A stretch of 64,000 bases of DNA from an uncultured Dehalococcoidia bacterium (GCA_964343265.1 CAYFIW010000001.1:72512-136511), one strand, 5' to 3'. Counted from the first letter of the stretch, positions 36,661 to 46,951 are shown. Program-made: numbers and translations. The notes: generated by a model from the sequence alone, not told the origin.

Positions 36661-37557
36661 ATGGAATCTTTTTCCTTTATTGATTTAACTTCTATTTATG
36701 GTCGATTAAAGCTTTGTGGCGAAGACAAAGTAGATTTACTTGACCGACTGAGTACTAATGACATTTCTACGTTGAAAGAGTCAGGTCAGGGTATGTCCAC
36801 GGTCTTGACCACCAATAAAGGAAGGATTATCGATCTATTAAAAGTCTATTTTTTCAAAGATCATTTGATGCTTGTTTCCGATATAGCATCAATTAATAAA
36901 GTTTCTGACTGGATTGAGTTTTATACCATCATGGAAGATGTGACCCGGATTGATGTTTCTGATAAAAAGTTTCAAATCAGAATATTTTCTGATGAACCTC
37001 AAGGAATCTTTCCAGAAATAGACAATTGTAAAATCGATAATTTTTTTATAGGTAATTTAGCTGAAGCAAAAGTAACAATCATTTCAAATAAGATGAATCA
37101 GAAGACATGCCTAGATGTTATAGGAGATATGTCTGATAAAGAAAGGATTATTGAGTTTCTCAAAAATTCAGGAACTCAATTGGAATCGAATCAATTTGAA
37201 AATATCAGAATTTCACTGGGTTTTCCAAAATTTGGTATGGAACTGACGGAGGAGTTTAACCCATTAGAAGCAGGATTGATTGATCATATAAGTTTCAATA
37301 AAGGTTGCTATATTGGGCAAGAAGTTGTTGCTCGCTTAAATACTTATGACAAAGTGCAAAGGAAATTAGTCAAATTGTCATGGGATGGATTATTAGAAGG
37401 AAATGAAATATTCTCGGGCGGCAAGGTAGTTGGCGTTATAACCTCAAATCTTGAGGGTGTTGGATTAGGATTTGTACGAAATAACTTTGCAAACTTGGAA
37501 AGTGGATTAACGTGCGGTGAGAAATCACTGCATGTAACAGAAGTGCTTTCTGATTGA
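36661..37557 (+). CDS. ygfZ: folate-binding Fe-S repair protein YgfZ (GcvT-like)
   Basis: KGCYIGQEVVARL signature. Adjacent to the A-type carrier gene. Confidence 0.75.
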   Translation: MESFSFIDLTSIYGRLKLCGEDKVDLLDRLSTNDISTLKESGQGMSTVLTTNKGRIIDLLKVYFFKDHLMLVSDIASINKVSDWIEFYTIMEDVTRIDVSDKKFQIRIFSDEPQGIFPEIDNCKIDNFFIGNLAEAKVTIISNKMNQKTCLDVIGDMSDKERIIEFLKNSGTQLESNQFENIRISLGFPKFGMELTEEFNPLEAGLIDHISFNKGCYIGQEVVARLNTYDKVQRKLVKLSWDGLLEGNEIFSGGKVVGVITSNLEGVGLGFVRNNFANLESGLTCGEKSLHVTEVLSD

Positions 37558-37568
37558 TTTTGGAATAA

Positions 37569-38345
37569 TTATGTGGCTTCCGGCAATTTTGCTGGCAGAG
37601 TTACCCCTCCATCGACAATAATCACTTGACCGCGAATCATTGCAGCTTTTTCACTGCACAGGAAAGTGGTGACATTTGCAATATCTTGAGCGGTTATTAT
37701 TCTTCCTCCCAGCGTATTTTTACCGGCTGCTATCATGTTTTCTTTATTTGGAAAACTGTCTAATGCTCCTGTCTCTATATATCCGCCAGATACCGCGTTG
37801 ACGTTGATATTTTTGTTGGCAAGTTCCACTGCAAGATATCTGGTCAATGCTTCCAAAGCAGCCTTAGATGCACCTACAGACAGATAATAGGGAAGGACAG
37901 TTCGTGATCCTTCTGAGGTAATATTAATGATGCTTCCGCCCTCTGTCATCAATTTTGAAGCTTCTATAGAACATAGCCACGGAGCTCTCGCGTTTATGTT
38001 CATGGCCCAGTCCCAATGTTTTGGCTCAAGAGACTCGGCGGATCTTTGCACACCAGATGCTGCATTGTTTATTAATATGTCCAGTTTACCGAATTCATCA
38101 CCCACAATCTTAAACATTTCTTGTATTTTCTCAGGTTCGCCGAGATGAGCCTTGATTTTCAGACATTTGACTCCAAGATCTGTTATTTCCTGCTTGGTCC
38201 GTTCGGCAGAATCATGATTCCGCAGATAATTGAATGCTATGTTGCAACCATTTTGGGCGAATTCTAAAGCAATACTTTTACCAATTCCGCGGGATCCTCC
38301 CGTTACGCAAACATATTTACCTTTGAAATCTTCTGACTTACTCAA
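37569..38345 (-). CDS. fabL: enoyl-[ACP] reductase, FabL-type SDR
   Basis: TGGSRGIGKS, HWDWAMNINARA, VGASKAALEALTRYLAVELANKNINVNAVSGG, MIRGQVIIVDGG closely track the B. subtilis FabL blocks as I recall them. Confidence 0.7.
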   Translation of the reverse strand: MSKSEDFKGKYVCVTGGSRGIGKSIALEFAQNGCNIAFNYLRNHDSAERTKQEITDLGVKCLKIKAHLGEPEKIQEMFKIVGDEFGKLDILINNAASGVQRSAESLEPKHWDWAMNINARAPWLCSIEASKLMTEGGSIINITSEGSRTVLPYYLSVGASKAALEALTRYLAVELANKNINVNAVSGGYIETGALDSFPNKENMIAAGKNTLGGRIITAQDIANVTTFLCSEKAAMIRGQVIIVDGGVTLPAKLPEAT

Positions 38346-38372
38346 TATAAAATCCAGATTATTCGGTCATCT

Positions 38373-39128
38373 TTATATCGCCATTCCGCCGTCGACGCTT
38401 ATGACCTGTCCTGTTACATATTTAGCCTTCTGGCTGGCTAGATAACCAACCATGGCGGATATATCCTCCACTTCCCCAAAACGTTGCATTGGTATCCAAG
38501 TCATAATTGTATCTTTCTGTTTATCACTTAATACGTCCACCGTATCGGTGTGTATATACCCTGGTGTGATGGTGTTAACTGTTATATTCCGGGTAGCCAC
38601 TTCTTTGGCTAAAGCAAAGGTGAATCCATTAATGGCAGCTTTTGAAGCAGTGTAATTAGTTTGGCCAATATTACCTCTTAGACCCACCACTGACCCTATA
38701 TTTATGATTCTTCCCCATCTAGCTTTTACCATTGATCTTAATACGGCCCTACTGCAATAAAAGGTTCCATTTAGGTTCGTATTTATTACTCTCTCCCAGG
38801 CTTCGTCCTTCATCCTTAATAACAAGCCGTCATCGATGACTCCAGCGTTGTTTACCAAAATATCAACTTGGCCAAAAATTTCTTCGGCTGTTGATGCCAT
38901 TTTTGTGACTTCATTAAGATCTCCAACGTTTGCTTTGTGTGAGAATGATTCAACACCAAGAGCCTTAACCAATTTAACAGTTTGTTCCGCTTCTTCTTCG
39001 GATGTGTTGTAATTAACAACAATGTTTGCACCCATGGTTGCTAGTTCTATTGCAGAGGCTCGACCGATTCCTTTGCTTGCTCCTGTTACCAAAGCAGTTT
39101 TGCCTACTAAGCTATTTGTGTCTTCCAA
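38373..39128 (-). CDS. fabG: 3-oxoacyl-[ACP] reductase
   Basis: ALVTGASKGIGRA, NNAGV, YTASKAAINGFTFALAKE, ITGQVISVDGGMAI. Confidence 0.85.
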   Translation of the reverse strand: MEDTNSLVGKTALVTGASKGIGRASAIELATMGANIVVNYNTSEEEAEQTVKLVKALGVESFSHKANVGDLNEVTKMASTAEEIFGQVDILVNNAGVIDDGLLLRMKDEAWERVINTNLNGTFYCSRAVLRSMVKARWGRIINIGSVVGLRGNIGQTNYTASKAAINGFTFALAKEVATRNITVNTITPGYIHTDTVDVLSDKQKDTIMTWIPMQRFGEVEDISAMVGYLASQKAKYVTGQVISVDGGMAI

Positions 39129-39158
39129 TTTAGCTCCATATAGTTTTTACGCGCGAAT

Positions 39159-40166
39159 TTATGTGGTTGTTGCTCTGACTCTTTTTACTTGAGCCAACAT
39201 CTTTTCAATCAACTTTGTTTCGATGCACATGCGAGCTGTACCTACTGCTCTCTGTACAGTACCTGCCGTGGCACTTCCATGTCCTATTATGCTAACTCCG
39301 TTAACGCCAAATATTGGCCCTCCTCCCCTAGCATCAACTACGTTATTGTTTTTATAGAGTTCCTGCATTAGTCTGTCGAGTAGTTCCCCCTGTATTTTTC
39401 CAGATAATGCAGAGTGCAGTTGATTTGAAAGGTCTTTACCTAGCCCCTCAACGAGTTTGAGTACTACATTGCCCACAAATCCGTCGCATACAACGACATC
39501 TGCTGTTCCTGAAACAAGGTCGTTACCCTCAACATTTCCTATGAAATTAAGGCCACTTTTTGTCAATAGTTCAGTTGATTCTTTTACGAGTGTATTTCCT
39601 TTTCCTTCCTCGCTTCCGACACTCAGAATACCTATCCTGGGCGAGTCTATTCCAATTAGAAGTTCGCTAAATACAGAACCTAATGCAGCGAAACCAAGTA
39701 ATTGAGTTGGCTTACAATCGATGTTTGATCCAAGGTCTAGAATAGTTTGGTTTGGGGCCGATCCGATAATTGGCCCGCCAATTGCAGGTCTGTCGATTCC
39801 CTCAATCGTACCTAATATTACAACTGCAGCTGCCATAGTGCCCCCTGTCGATCCCATGGAAACTACGGCGTCAGCCAACTCTTTTTTTACTAGTGATGTT
39901 GCCACTGTTATTGATGCATTGGGCTTTTGTCGTAACGCTAGCGCAGGGGCTTCTCCATCTTCAATTTTACCTTGTGATGCCACTATCGATATAGGAAGGT
40001 TTGAAGCGTCATGTTTCAAAAGTTCTGAGCCTACTGAATCCTTGTCGCCTACCAATATTATCTCTGTGTTTTTTTCTTGCGCTGCTAGGACTGCTCCTTC
40101 GACTGGCACAGCCGGGGCGTTGTCTCCTCCCATTGCGTCAATTGCAATTCTAAGTCTCTGTGTCAC
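39159..40166 (-). CDS. plsX: phosphate acyltransferase PlsX
   Basis: IAIDAMGGDNAP N-terminal signature, 335 aa. Confidence 0.9.
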   Translation of the reverse strand: MTQRLRIAIDAMGGDNAPAVPVEGAVLAAQEKNTEIILVGDKDSVGSELLKHDASNLPISIVASQGKIEDGEAPALALRQKPNASITVATSLVKKELADAVVSMGSTGGTMAAAVVILGTIEGIDRPAIGGPIIGSAPNQTILDLGSNIDCKPTQLLGFAALGSVFSELLIGIDSPRIGILSVGSEEGKGNTLVKESTELLTKSGLNFIGNVEGNDLVSGTADVVVCDGFVGNVVLKLVEGLGKDLSNQLHSALSGKIQGELLDRLMQELYKNNNVVDARGGGPIFGVNGVSIIGHGSATAGTVQRAVGTARMCIETKLIEKMLAQVKRVRATTT

Positions 40167-40194
40167 TAATTATGTCTCCAATATGAGTGGTTAT

Positions 40195-40578
40195 TTATGT
40201 AATTACTGATGTGGTCCCAGATATGGCTACCTCGCCTGTTTGCCTTTTAATCGTAACTGTATACCTGATCTCTCTTCCGTCAGGGATTTCCAAGACTTTC
40301 TGGACTTCTGCAGAAGTTGTTATAGTGTCTCCCGGAAATACTGGAGCCTTGAATCTAATTTTCATACTCCCTGTTTCAGCCCAGGTTTCAGGATATGCGT
40401 TGGTCATTAACTCTGAAATTGTCGCAGCTATCATCATCCCGTGTGCGATGTTTTTTCCAAATGGGGAACTTTTGCCGAATTCTTCATCCACGTGTATTGG
40501 GTTGAAGTCACCTGAAGCCTCCGCATAGGTATGTATTTGTTCTTTATCAATTTTTTTTTCTATGGGTGAGATTTTCAT
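40195..40578 (-). CDS. MaoC-like (R)-specific hydratase/dehydratase, catalytic hotdog subunit
   Basis: YAEASGDFNPIHVDEEF hydratase motif (Asp and His present). ATG 40578 chosen because the longer ORF (to 40674) overlaps the upstream gene. Confidence 0.75.
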   Translation of the reverse strand: MKISPIEKKIDKEQIHTYAEASGDFNPIHVDEEFGKSSPFGKNIAHGMMIAATISELMTNAYPETWAETGSMKIRFKAPVFPGDTITTSAEVQKVLEIPDGREIRYTVTIKRQTGEVAISGTTSVIT

Positions 40579-40583
40579 GGTTT

Positions 40584-41021
40584 TTACGCTGGAATCACTA
40601 TTGTACTTTTTCCGGTCATGACCGTGTTTCGATTGGAATCGCATACAACAAGTTTTACGATCATAAATCTCCATTCTGCTCTAACAGAGTTTGAATTAAG
40701 AGTTGCTGTGCAGTCGAGAGTTTCTCCTATAGGAACTTTTGATAAAAAATTGATCTCTTGACTGGTATGGAGGGTTCCTCCTGGAATTTTAAGATCATTT
40801 ACCACACCCTTTAGGCTTAAAGCAGCTATTGACATAGGGGGCGCAAAGTTATTGGCAGTACTGGACTCTGCCTGATTCTCTGAAGGTACATTATCTTGGA
40901 CAGCATTTCTGTACTTGGTAACAGATTCTAGGTCTATTAAATATGTTCTTTTTGATATTGTTTCACCAGTAGACAGCGAACTGTAGTCGATTGTCGAAGC
41001 GTGAGATTCTTCAGAAACCAT
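40584..41021 (-). CDS. hotdog-fold protein, MaoC N-terminal-like, probably the non-catalytic partner
   Basis: 145 aa. The position equivalent to the hydratase motif reads YRNAVQDNVPSEN (no His). Ends 5 nt before the catalytic subunit gene. Confidence 0.6.
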   Translation of the reverse strand: MVSEESHASTIDYSSLSTGETISKRTYLIDLESVTKYRNAVQDNVPSENQAESSTANNFAPPMSIAALSLKGVVNDLKIPGGTLHTSQEINFLSKVPIGETLDCTATLNSNSVRAEWRFMIVKLVVCDSNRNTVMTGKSTIVIPA

Positions 41022-41137
41022 GTCGTAAAATTTTCCTCAGTTATGAGCCGGGTAAGTCAATTAAATAAATCGTCCCGCTAGGATTATAGTGTCGAATCTG
41101 TGAAGCTATCAATCGTAATCGATCCACTATAAATTGG

Positions 41138-41491
41138 TTATTCTGATCCGCCCGCTCTACCTCTTTGAAGTTCCGCCTCCTCAAGCATCCTCGTGAGTAT
41201 CACCATAGATTCTTCAATACTGTAGTCTAATTGAGCAATAGAAATAACTCTGAAAAGTACTCCAGTAGATACTCTCACAGGAGTCGATTCTCCCAAGGCT
41301 GGGATTTTAACTCCCATAGCTTCAGACATGAAACCTGCGGCGGCCATTCCGTATTGGGTTAGAGGACATCGTACTAAGAGTTTCTCATCGTGTGTCAGTA
41401 GTATTCCCATTTCATCTTGAGAAAATTCCATTCTTACATGAGCTCTAGGGATTGATATTAAATCTTCTGCGTATTGGGATACTGTAACCAA
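41138..41491 (-). CDS. hypothetical protein (117 aa, TTG start)
   Basis: The ORF only; no motif recognised. Lies upstream of the lipid cluster on the same strand. Confidence 0.4.
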   Translation of the reverse strand: MVTVSQYAEDLISIPRAHVRMEFSQDEMGILLTHDEKLLVRCPLTQYGMAAAGFMSEAMGVKIPALGESTPVRVSTGVLFRVISIAQLDYSIEESMVILTRMLEEAELQRGRAGGSE

Positions 41492-41714
41492 AAGTCGACC
41501 TCATACTAGGGGTGATTTTGAACACATTATACGTCTAACAGTAAGATTTTTTTCAAGCACGAGAATTCTTACTTTCAATCGGAAAAGACAGGAAGTCAAT
41601 TACAAGGCCGAATGTACTTGGCCCTGATTTATGACGGCACGACAATTCTCAAGACGATTTGTAAAAATAAATTATTAGGAAAATTATTTTGTTATCTTCA
41701 CCTAAAAACCTTTC

Positions 41715-41748
41715 ATAGACGATTGTCTATGATTAGGTGACATTGTCA
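41715..41748. promoter_or_regulatory. two adjacent palindromes ATAGAC-GATT-GTCTAT (41715-41730) and TGACA-T-TGTCA (41738-41748)
   Basis: Read directly from the sequence, in the 537-bp divergent spacer between the 41491 gene and serS. Confidence 0.2.
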
Positions 41749-42028
41749 ATATGAACGTTTCCTTTACGACGACAAACGTAAATTTGTTCGATAATAAACC
41801 ACAATAAACCTTCAATGGGCGAATATTTTTGAGATACGGCAATAGATTCATGAATAATGCCTCTTGTACCTTAAATGTAAAACAGAAGTTGTAATTTCTT
41901 CGCCATAGCCGTATGAGTTTATATTTGCCCTTTAAATCAAAATATCTTTAGCTGAGTTTTATTTTACGTTTAATATAAAATGGAATTACTATTTTTGAGG
42001 CTTTTCACGTGTAAGGGAGACAAATACG

Positions 42029-43297
42029 GTGATCGATATTGATCTGATTCGTGAAAGACCGGATATTTTACGGGAATCTGGAGAAAAAAGAGGCCAAGAA
42101 TTTAGAATTGACGAGGCTATTGATTTAGATCGTCGTCGACGCTCAACTATTACCGAAATTGATAATCTTAGGGCTAAAAGAAATGATGTGTCGCGGGAAC
42201 TTGGTAAGACTAGTGATAAGCCACAAGAATTGATTGAGGAAATGCGTGCGGTTGGTTCCAAAATAAAAATTCTTGAAAGTGATGAAAAACGACTTGCTGA
42301 AAATCTCGATTCGATACTTCTGGATATCCCTAATGTTCCCAGTGATACATCGCCGGTTGGGCAAGACGAAAGTAAGAATGTTGTTGTTCGTACTATAGGA
42401 GAAGCCCCCTCTTTCTCTTTTGAACCAAGACCTCATTGGGAAATTGGCGAGGAATTGGGAATTATTGATTTTCAAAGTGGAGTGAAATTATCACAATCTC
42501 GATTTTATGTTTTAAAAGGCAAAGGAGCCACTCTACAAAGGGCGGTTATTTCCTGGATGTTGGACCTTCATGTAAAGAATCATAATTACGTTGAGTTGTA
42601 TTTGCCGTTTATGGTAAATCGCGAAACGGTAAAAGGGTCAAGTCATTTACCTCATTTCGAGGAAAATATGTACCACGATGAAGAAGATGATTTGTTTATG
42701 GTTCCTACAGCTGAAGCACCAATTACGGGATTATTTCGGGATGAAATTATCGATGAATCTGACCTACCTTTACGATATGTTTCTCACACACCGTGTTGGA
42801 GAAGAGAGAAATTTTCAGCTGGAAGGGACACTAGGGGAATAAAGAGGGTACATCAATTCGATAAAGTCGAAATGTATAAGTTTGTCAAACCTGAGTCTTC
42901 CAATGAAGAATTGGAAAAATTAGTCAAGGATGCAGAGAGAGTGTGTGAGATTTTAAAAATACCTCACAGGGTATTGGAACTCTGTACGGGTGATTTAGGA
43001 TTTGCTGCCTCTAAAAGCTACGATGTTGAAATGTGGGCCTCTGGGACCTCAGAGTGGCTTGAGGTATCGTCTTGCTCAAATTGCACAGACTTTCAATCAA
43101 GACGATCTGCGATACGCTACAGGCCTGAATCAGGGGGACGCCCTAGATTCCTTCATACCCTAAATGGTTCTGGGCTTGCAGTGCCAAGAGTTCTGATTGC
43201 TATTCTTGAAAATTACCAGCAAGAGGATGGCTCTGTTGTTGTGCCTGAAGTTCTCAGGCCTTTGACTGGTTTCGACAAAATATCACCTGGAAGCTGA
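42029..43297 (+). CDS. serS: seryl-tRNA synthetase
   Basis: 422 aa. N-terminal coiled-coil arm and class II blocks TAEAPITG, RDTRGIKRVHQFDKVE, TLNGSGLAVPRVLIAILENYQ. GTG start after a GGGAGA RBS. Confidence 0.9.
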   Translation: MIDIDLIRERPDILRESGEKRGQEFRIDEAIDLDRRRRSTITEIDNLRAKRNDVSRELGKTSDKPQELIEEMRAVGSKIKILESDEKRLAENLDSILLDIPNVPSDTSPVGQDESKNVVVRTIGEAPSFSFEPRPHWEIGEELGIIDFQSGVKLSQSRFYVLKGKGATLQRAVISWMLDLHVKNHNYVELYLPFMVNRETVKGSSHLPHFEENMYHDEEDDLFMVPTAEAPITGLFRDEIIDESDLPLRYVSHTPCWRREKFSAGRDTRGIKRVHQFDKVEMYKFVKPESSNEELEKLVKDAERVCEILKIPHRVLELCTGDLGFAASKSYDVEMWASGTSEWLEVSSCSNCTDFQSRRSAIRYRPESGGRPRFLHTLNGSGLAVPRVLIAILENYQQEDGSVVVPEVLRPLTGFDKISPGS

Positions 43298-43328
43298 TTT
43301 CTTCATAGTATCTATATAGGATGTTCTT

Positions 43329-44768
43329 ATGGATTTTGAAAGTACAAATAATTTAGCTTATGCATCGGTAAGCGAACTCCTTGATTTATATCGAACGAAA
43401 CAAGTATCTCCTGTAGAAATGACTGAACTGTTTATAGACCGTATAGGAAAATTGGACGGGAAATTAAATGCATTTCTTGAGCTCAATTTTTCTCAAGCCC
43501 GTGAACAGGCACTGAGAGCAGAAGCAAATATATTGAGGGGAGATTCCGAAAGGATATTGGAAGGAATACCAATCACTGTCAAGGATTTAGAATTAACAGA
43601 GGGCTTGAGAACAACCAGTGGATCATTGATTTACAAGCATCGAATACCGGTTGAAGATTCTATCGTTGTCGAGAGAATAAGGGCATCAGGTGCGATAATT
43701 ATAGGTAAGAGTAATACACCGGAATTTGGTCTACTGGGGGAAACAAGAAACCGTTTGGGTGATCATTGCAGAAACCCCTGGGATATCTCAAAGACGTCTG
43801 GTGGATCTAGTGGTGGAGCGGCTGCAGCTTTAATTTCTGGTATGTGTACTATTGCTACGGGATCTGATGGTGGAGGTTCCATAAGAATTCCTGCTAGTTT
43901 TACAGGGACATATGGCATAAAACCTAGTCAGGGAAGAGTACCTAGGTATCCTGTATTAAATCCCCCTATTTCTAACCAGACAAGTCAATCAGGTCCCATG
44001 GCTCGTTCTGTCTATGATTGTGCTCTGCTACTGCAAGTCATGTCGGGATATGACCCACGGGATGTTTCTTCCTTAAGAGCAGATGTGCCTAATTTTTCAT
44101 CATTTGCTGATCCTGTCCATCCGAAAAGTATCAGCGAAATGAAAATAGGATGGACTCCCGATTTCGGCTATGCAAAAGTTGATCCCGAAGTTCTTAAAAT
44201 ATGTGAAACTGCTGTCAAATCTTTCTCGGATATTGGCTGCGATGTTGGAAATTCTACTTTCTCTATCGAGGATCCTTTCGAACACTGGATGGTGCTTTTT
44301 TCTACGATGAGTTTGGCTTCTAACTCTGAGCATTGGCCTAGTAGATCTGAAGACATGACCGATTACGCAAATGACATTTATGATTTTGGAAGTTCTCTTA
44401 GTGCCGCTGATTTTAGTAGAGCAATAGCTAACGTAAACAGCATAAGACAGGCGCTGGATGATCAGTTTGAGAAGTTTGATATATTAATATCTCCCACCAT
44501 GGCTGTACCCCCTTATGAATGCGGAAATCCACCACTTACAATTGAGGGTTCTGAACTGGATGGCTCCTGGGGTTGTCTCCCTTTCACATACCCTATAAAT
44601 TCAGCTGGGAATCCAGCAGCTAGCATTCCAGCTGGAATGACATCTGGAGGGCTCCCTGTTGGACTACACATAATAGGGAAATATGGAGATGAAGAAACTG
44701 TAATTGCAGCGTCTGCTGCTTTTGAGGCTGTAAATCCATGGTCACACTTAAGGCCTGAAATTTCGTAA
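43329..44768 (+). CDS. amidase (amidase-signature family)
   Basis: GGSSGGAAAALISGMCTIATGSDGGGSIRIPASFTG signature. Confidence 0.85.
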   Translation: MDFESTNNLAYASVSELLDLYRTKQVSPVEMTELFIDRIGKLDGKLNAFLELNFSQAREQALRAEANILRGDSERILEGIPITVKDLELTEGLRTTSGSLIYKHRIPVEDSIVVERIRASGAIIIGKSNTPEFGLLGETRNRLGDHCRNPWDISKTSGGSSGGAAAALISGMCTIATGSDGGGSIRIPASFTGTYGIKPSQGRVPRYPVLNPPISNQTSQSGPMARSVYDCALLLQVMSGYDPRDVSSLRADVPNFSSFADPVHPKSISEMKIGWTPDFGYAKVDPEVLKICETAVKSFSDIGCDVGNSTFSIEDPFEHWMVLFSTMSLASNSEHWPSRSEDMTDYANDIYDFGSSLSAADFSRAIANVNSIRQALDDQFEKFDILISPTMAVPPYECGNPPLTIEGSELDGSWGCLPFTYPINSAGNPAASIPAGMTSGGLPVGLHIIGKYGDEETVIAASAAFEAVNPWSHLRPEIS

Positions 44769-44953
44769 TTAAAATTTGGGATTGTTAAAAATATATTTGT
44801 GGCTGAATTCTGGATAAGAATGCGAGTTAAGTTTTCTAGAGTTGTTGTTGATATTTCTGGTTACCGGTATATTCGTTAGCGTGTCGACTGAATCGGTTTT
44901 ATAGTTAGCGTTTAATTCGAGCATAAAAACAGGATGATTTTAGGAGTTTATTT

Positions 44954-45325
44954 ATGGATGTTGTAAGAAAAGATGATGTTACTCCGGATGATGCGAGTAA
45001 TGCACCTCTGTTCTATGGTGGAAAAGTGACTAGGCAGCCTTTAGTTGGGTCTCCTAAAACTGATCAATATAATTTCTCACTTGTGTCATTTTATGGTGGG
45101 GCTAAAAACCATTTTCATACACACACAAGTGATCAGATTTTATTTGCGACTCATGGAGTCGGGATAGTTGCTAATGAGTCGGAGGAAATCGAGATGAATG
45201 CAGGAGACACGGCCTTCATTCCCGCGGGTGAAAAACATTGGCATGGAGCTTCAGACGGCCATGATTTCTTCCATATTTCCTTGACGCGGCCTGATAGTGA
45301 AACGGAGATGTTTTTACCGGAATAG
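44954..45325 (+). CDS. cupin domain protein
   Basis: 123 aa. HFHTHTSDQILF...GDTAFIPAGEKHWHGA two-motif cupin pattern. Confidence 0.7.
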   Translation: MDVVRKDDVTPDDASNAPLFYGGKVTRQPLVGSPKTDQYNFSLVSFYGGAKNHFHTHTSDQILFATHGVGIVANESEEIEMNAGDTAFIPAGEKHWHGASDGHDFFHISLTRPDSETEMFLPE

Positions 45326-45327
45326 AA

Positions 45328-46344
45328 TTATTTTTCGATACCAGATTTAAAATTAAAGTAAGTACCAACACTGCTTTGTATGAACGCTGTGGGAAAATGC
45401 TGAGAAAATTTCTTCATAGCTTCAAATCCGGTACAGTGAGACGGTGAGATCCAGTCTGGGTTTATTTTCTTTAAATCCATTAAAGTGGAATCAATTAATT
45501 TTTGGAACCTTGGATGATCAGGCAAATGGAATCCCCCGATCAAAGCGTGTATTTTATTCATGCCGGTGATTTTTTTTACGTATCTGGTAATGTTTACTAT
45601 TCCTGAGTGTCCGCATCCTGTGACTATAATTAGGCCTTTTCCTTTTACATTAATGACGATTGCTTGATCGTCTAAAGTTAGTGGGTCTGGTATCCAGTTG
45701 GTTCCTTCGAGCCGTTGTTGTCCTTGCATGCCCATTTCGTATGGTGTGGTTCGGTCTATTTCACCGGTAATGAGTATGGATTTCTCAAGTATGAAAGATG
45801 GCTGGCTAGATTCATGTATAACGTCAAAGCCGTTGTCTATTAGGCTGGACCTATTTACAGCGGGCAGGTAAGAGGGGTTACTTTCTGGCAAATATATTCT
45901 TCTTTTGTTCCAAAAATCAGGGTGGATAATAATTGGGATATTACCGGAAGGGAGAGCATCTATAATCCCGTGTATTCCTGTTGTATGGTCATTGTGACCA
46001 TGGCTCATCACTAATGCTGTTGCATTTTTAGGATCTAATTCTAAACGTGACATGTTCTCAGATACCCCAAAAGGAGAAATTCCTGTATCGAAAAGAATAC
46101 TATGCGTATTGTTATTATTTGTTATTGAAATCCAAGCAGAGAATCCATGCTCCGCTACTAAGTTGTCCCTAGTAGTTTGATCATCAAGGTGACTAACAAC
46201 AATTTGTTGTTTGGTTTTTAGTCTTTTCGCTGGTCCAAAATCATGTACCAGTAGACTTGAAAAATTGTCCATTAGGATAGTTATGGAAGCTGCGTCAACC
46301 GGTGAGGGCAATATGGTGTCTGGATTGTTGGTTCTCAATATCAA
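45328..46344 (-). CDS. MBL-fold metallo-hydrolase (COG1237-like)
   Basis: MSHGHNDHTTG (HxHxDH) and TGCGHSG blocks. Confidence 0.75.
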   Translation of the reverse strand: MILRTNNPDTILPSPVDAASITILMDNFSSLLVHDFGPAKRLKTKQQIVVSHLDDQTTRDNLVAEHGFSAWISITNNNNTHSILFDTGISPFGVSENMSRLELDPKNATALVMSHGHNDHTTGIHGIIDALPSGNIPIIIHPDFWNKRRIYLPESNPSYLPAVNRSSLIDNGFDVIHESSQPSFILEKSILITGEIDRTTPYEMGMQGQQRLEGTNWIPDPLTLDDQAIVINVKGKGLIIVTGCGHSGIVNITRYVKKITGMNKIHALIGGFHLPDHPRFQKLIDSTLMDLKKINPDWISPSHCTGFEAMKKFSQHFPTAFIQSSVGTYFNFKSGIEK

Positions 46345-46829
46345 GTATCGTTAATTGTCGAATAATCAATTTTGCAAGATTCACACACTGACTCTGGGAT
46401 TAATCTGAATCTGATCAACCATCCGAATACGTAGCATCCAGTACAGAATCCGATGAATGCTTCCAAAGATGCAAAAAATCCTAATATACCGATTAGGTAT
46501 CTTGTAACACTTATTTCAGAAAATAACAAAGCAATTAGTGCAGCTGCTGAAAAAACAAGCCCGATTGCTTGAGCAAATCTTTTGGGTGGACCAGGCACAA
46601 GTTTTTCTGGATTACCAAAAAGAGGGACTAGTATTTTTGTAGCTATTAAACCGATTGGACTAAGTGTTGGCCCCGTTAACACTCGTGCTAGGAATCCATA
46701 TAGGATGAAGATCAGTACCCAAATGTTAGCTGTGGCTAGGAAACTTATAGTTAAGATAACGACCATGGCAGCAACAAATCTGGCTGCGTAGTCATTAACT
46801 GGGTCGGGAAAACTGAATAATGTGTTCAT
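46341..46829 (-). CDS. small integral membrane protein, DUF4395-like
   Basis: 162 aa, 4 predicted TM helices, C-terminal CxxC-like CESC. 4-nt overlap with the downstream MBL gene. Confidence 0.45.
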   Translation of the reverse strand: MNTLFSFPDPVNDYAARFVAAMVVILTISFLATANIWVLIFILYGFLARVLTGPTLSPIGLIATKILVPLFGNPEKLVPGPPKRFAQAIGLVFSAAALIALLFSEISVTRYLIGILGFFASLEAFIGFCTGCYVFGWLIRFRLIPESVCESCKIDYSTINDT

Positions 46830-46951
46830 ATAGATGTATTACCACTAACCTGATCATCTTTCCAGTTGAATTTGGTATAGGCTTGCTATATTCAATCAGG
46901 TATAACTAGAATTAGCCAGCATATAAGAGTGTGATAGGAGAATATATAGGA

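Noticed and set aside
40579-40674. N-terminal 32-codon extension of the MaoC-like ORF (start at 40674).
   Set aside because: It overlaps the upstream hotdog gene by 91 nt, and its sequence (MEIYDRKTCCMRFQSKHGHDRKK...) is not family-like. ATG 40578, 5 nt after the upstream stop, is preferred.
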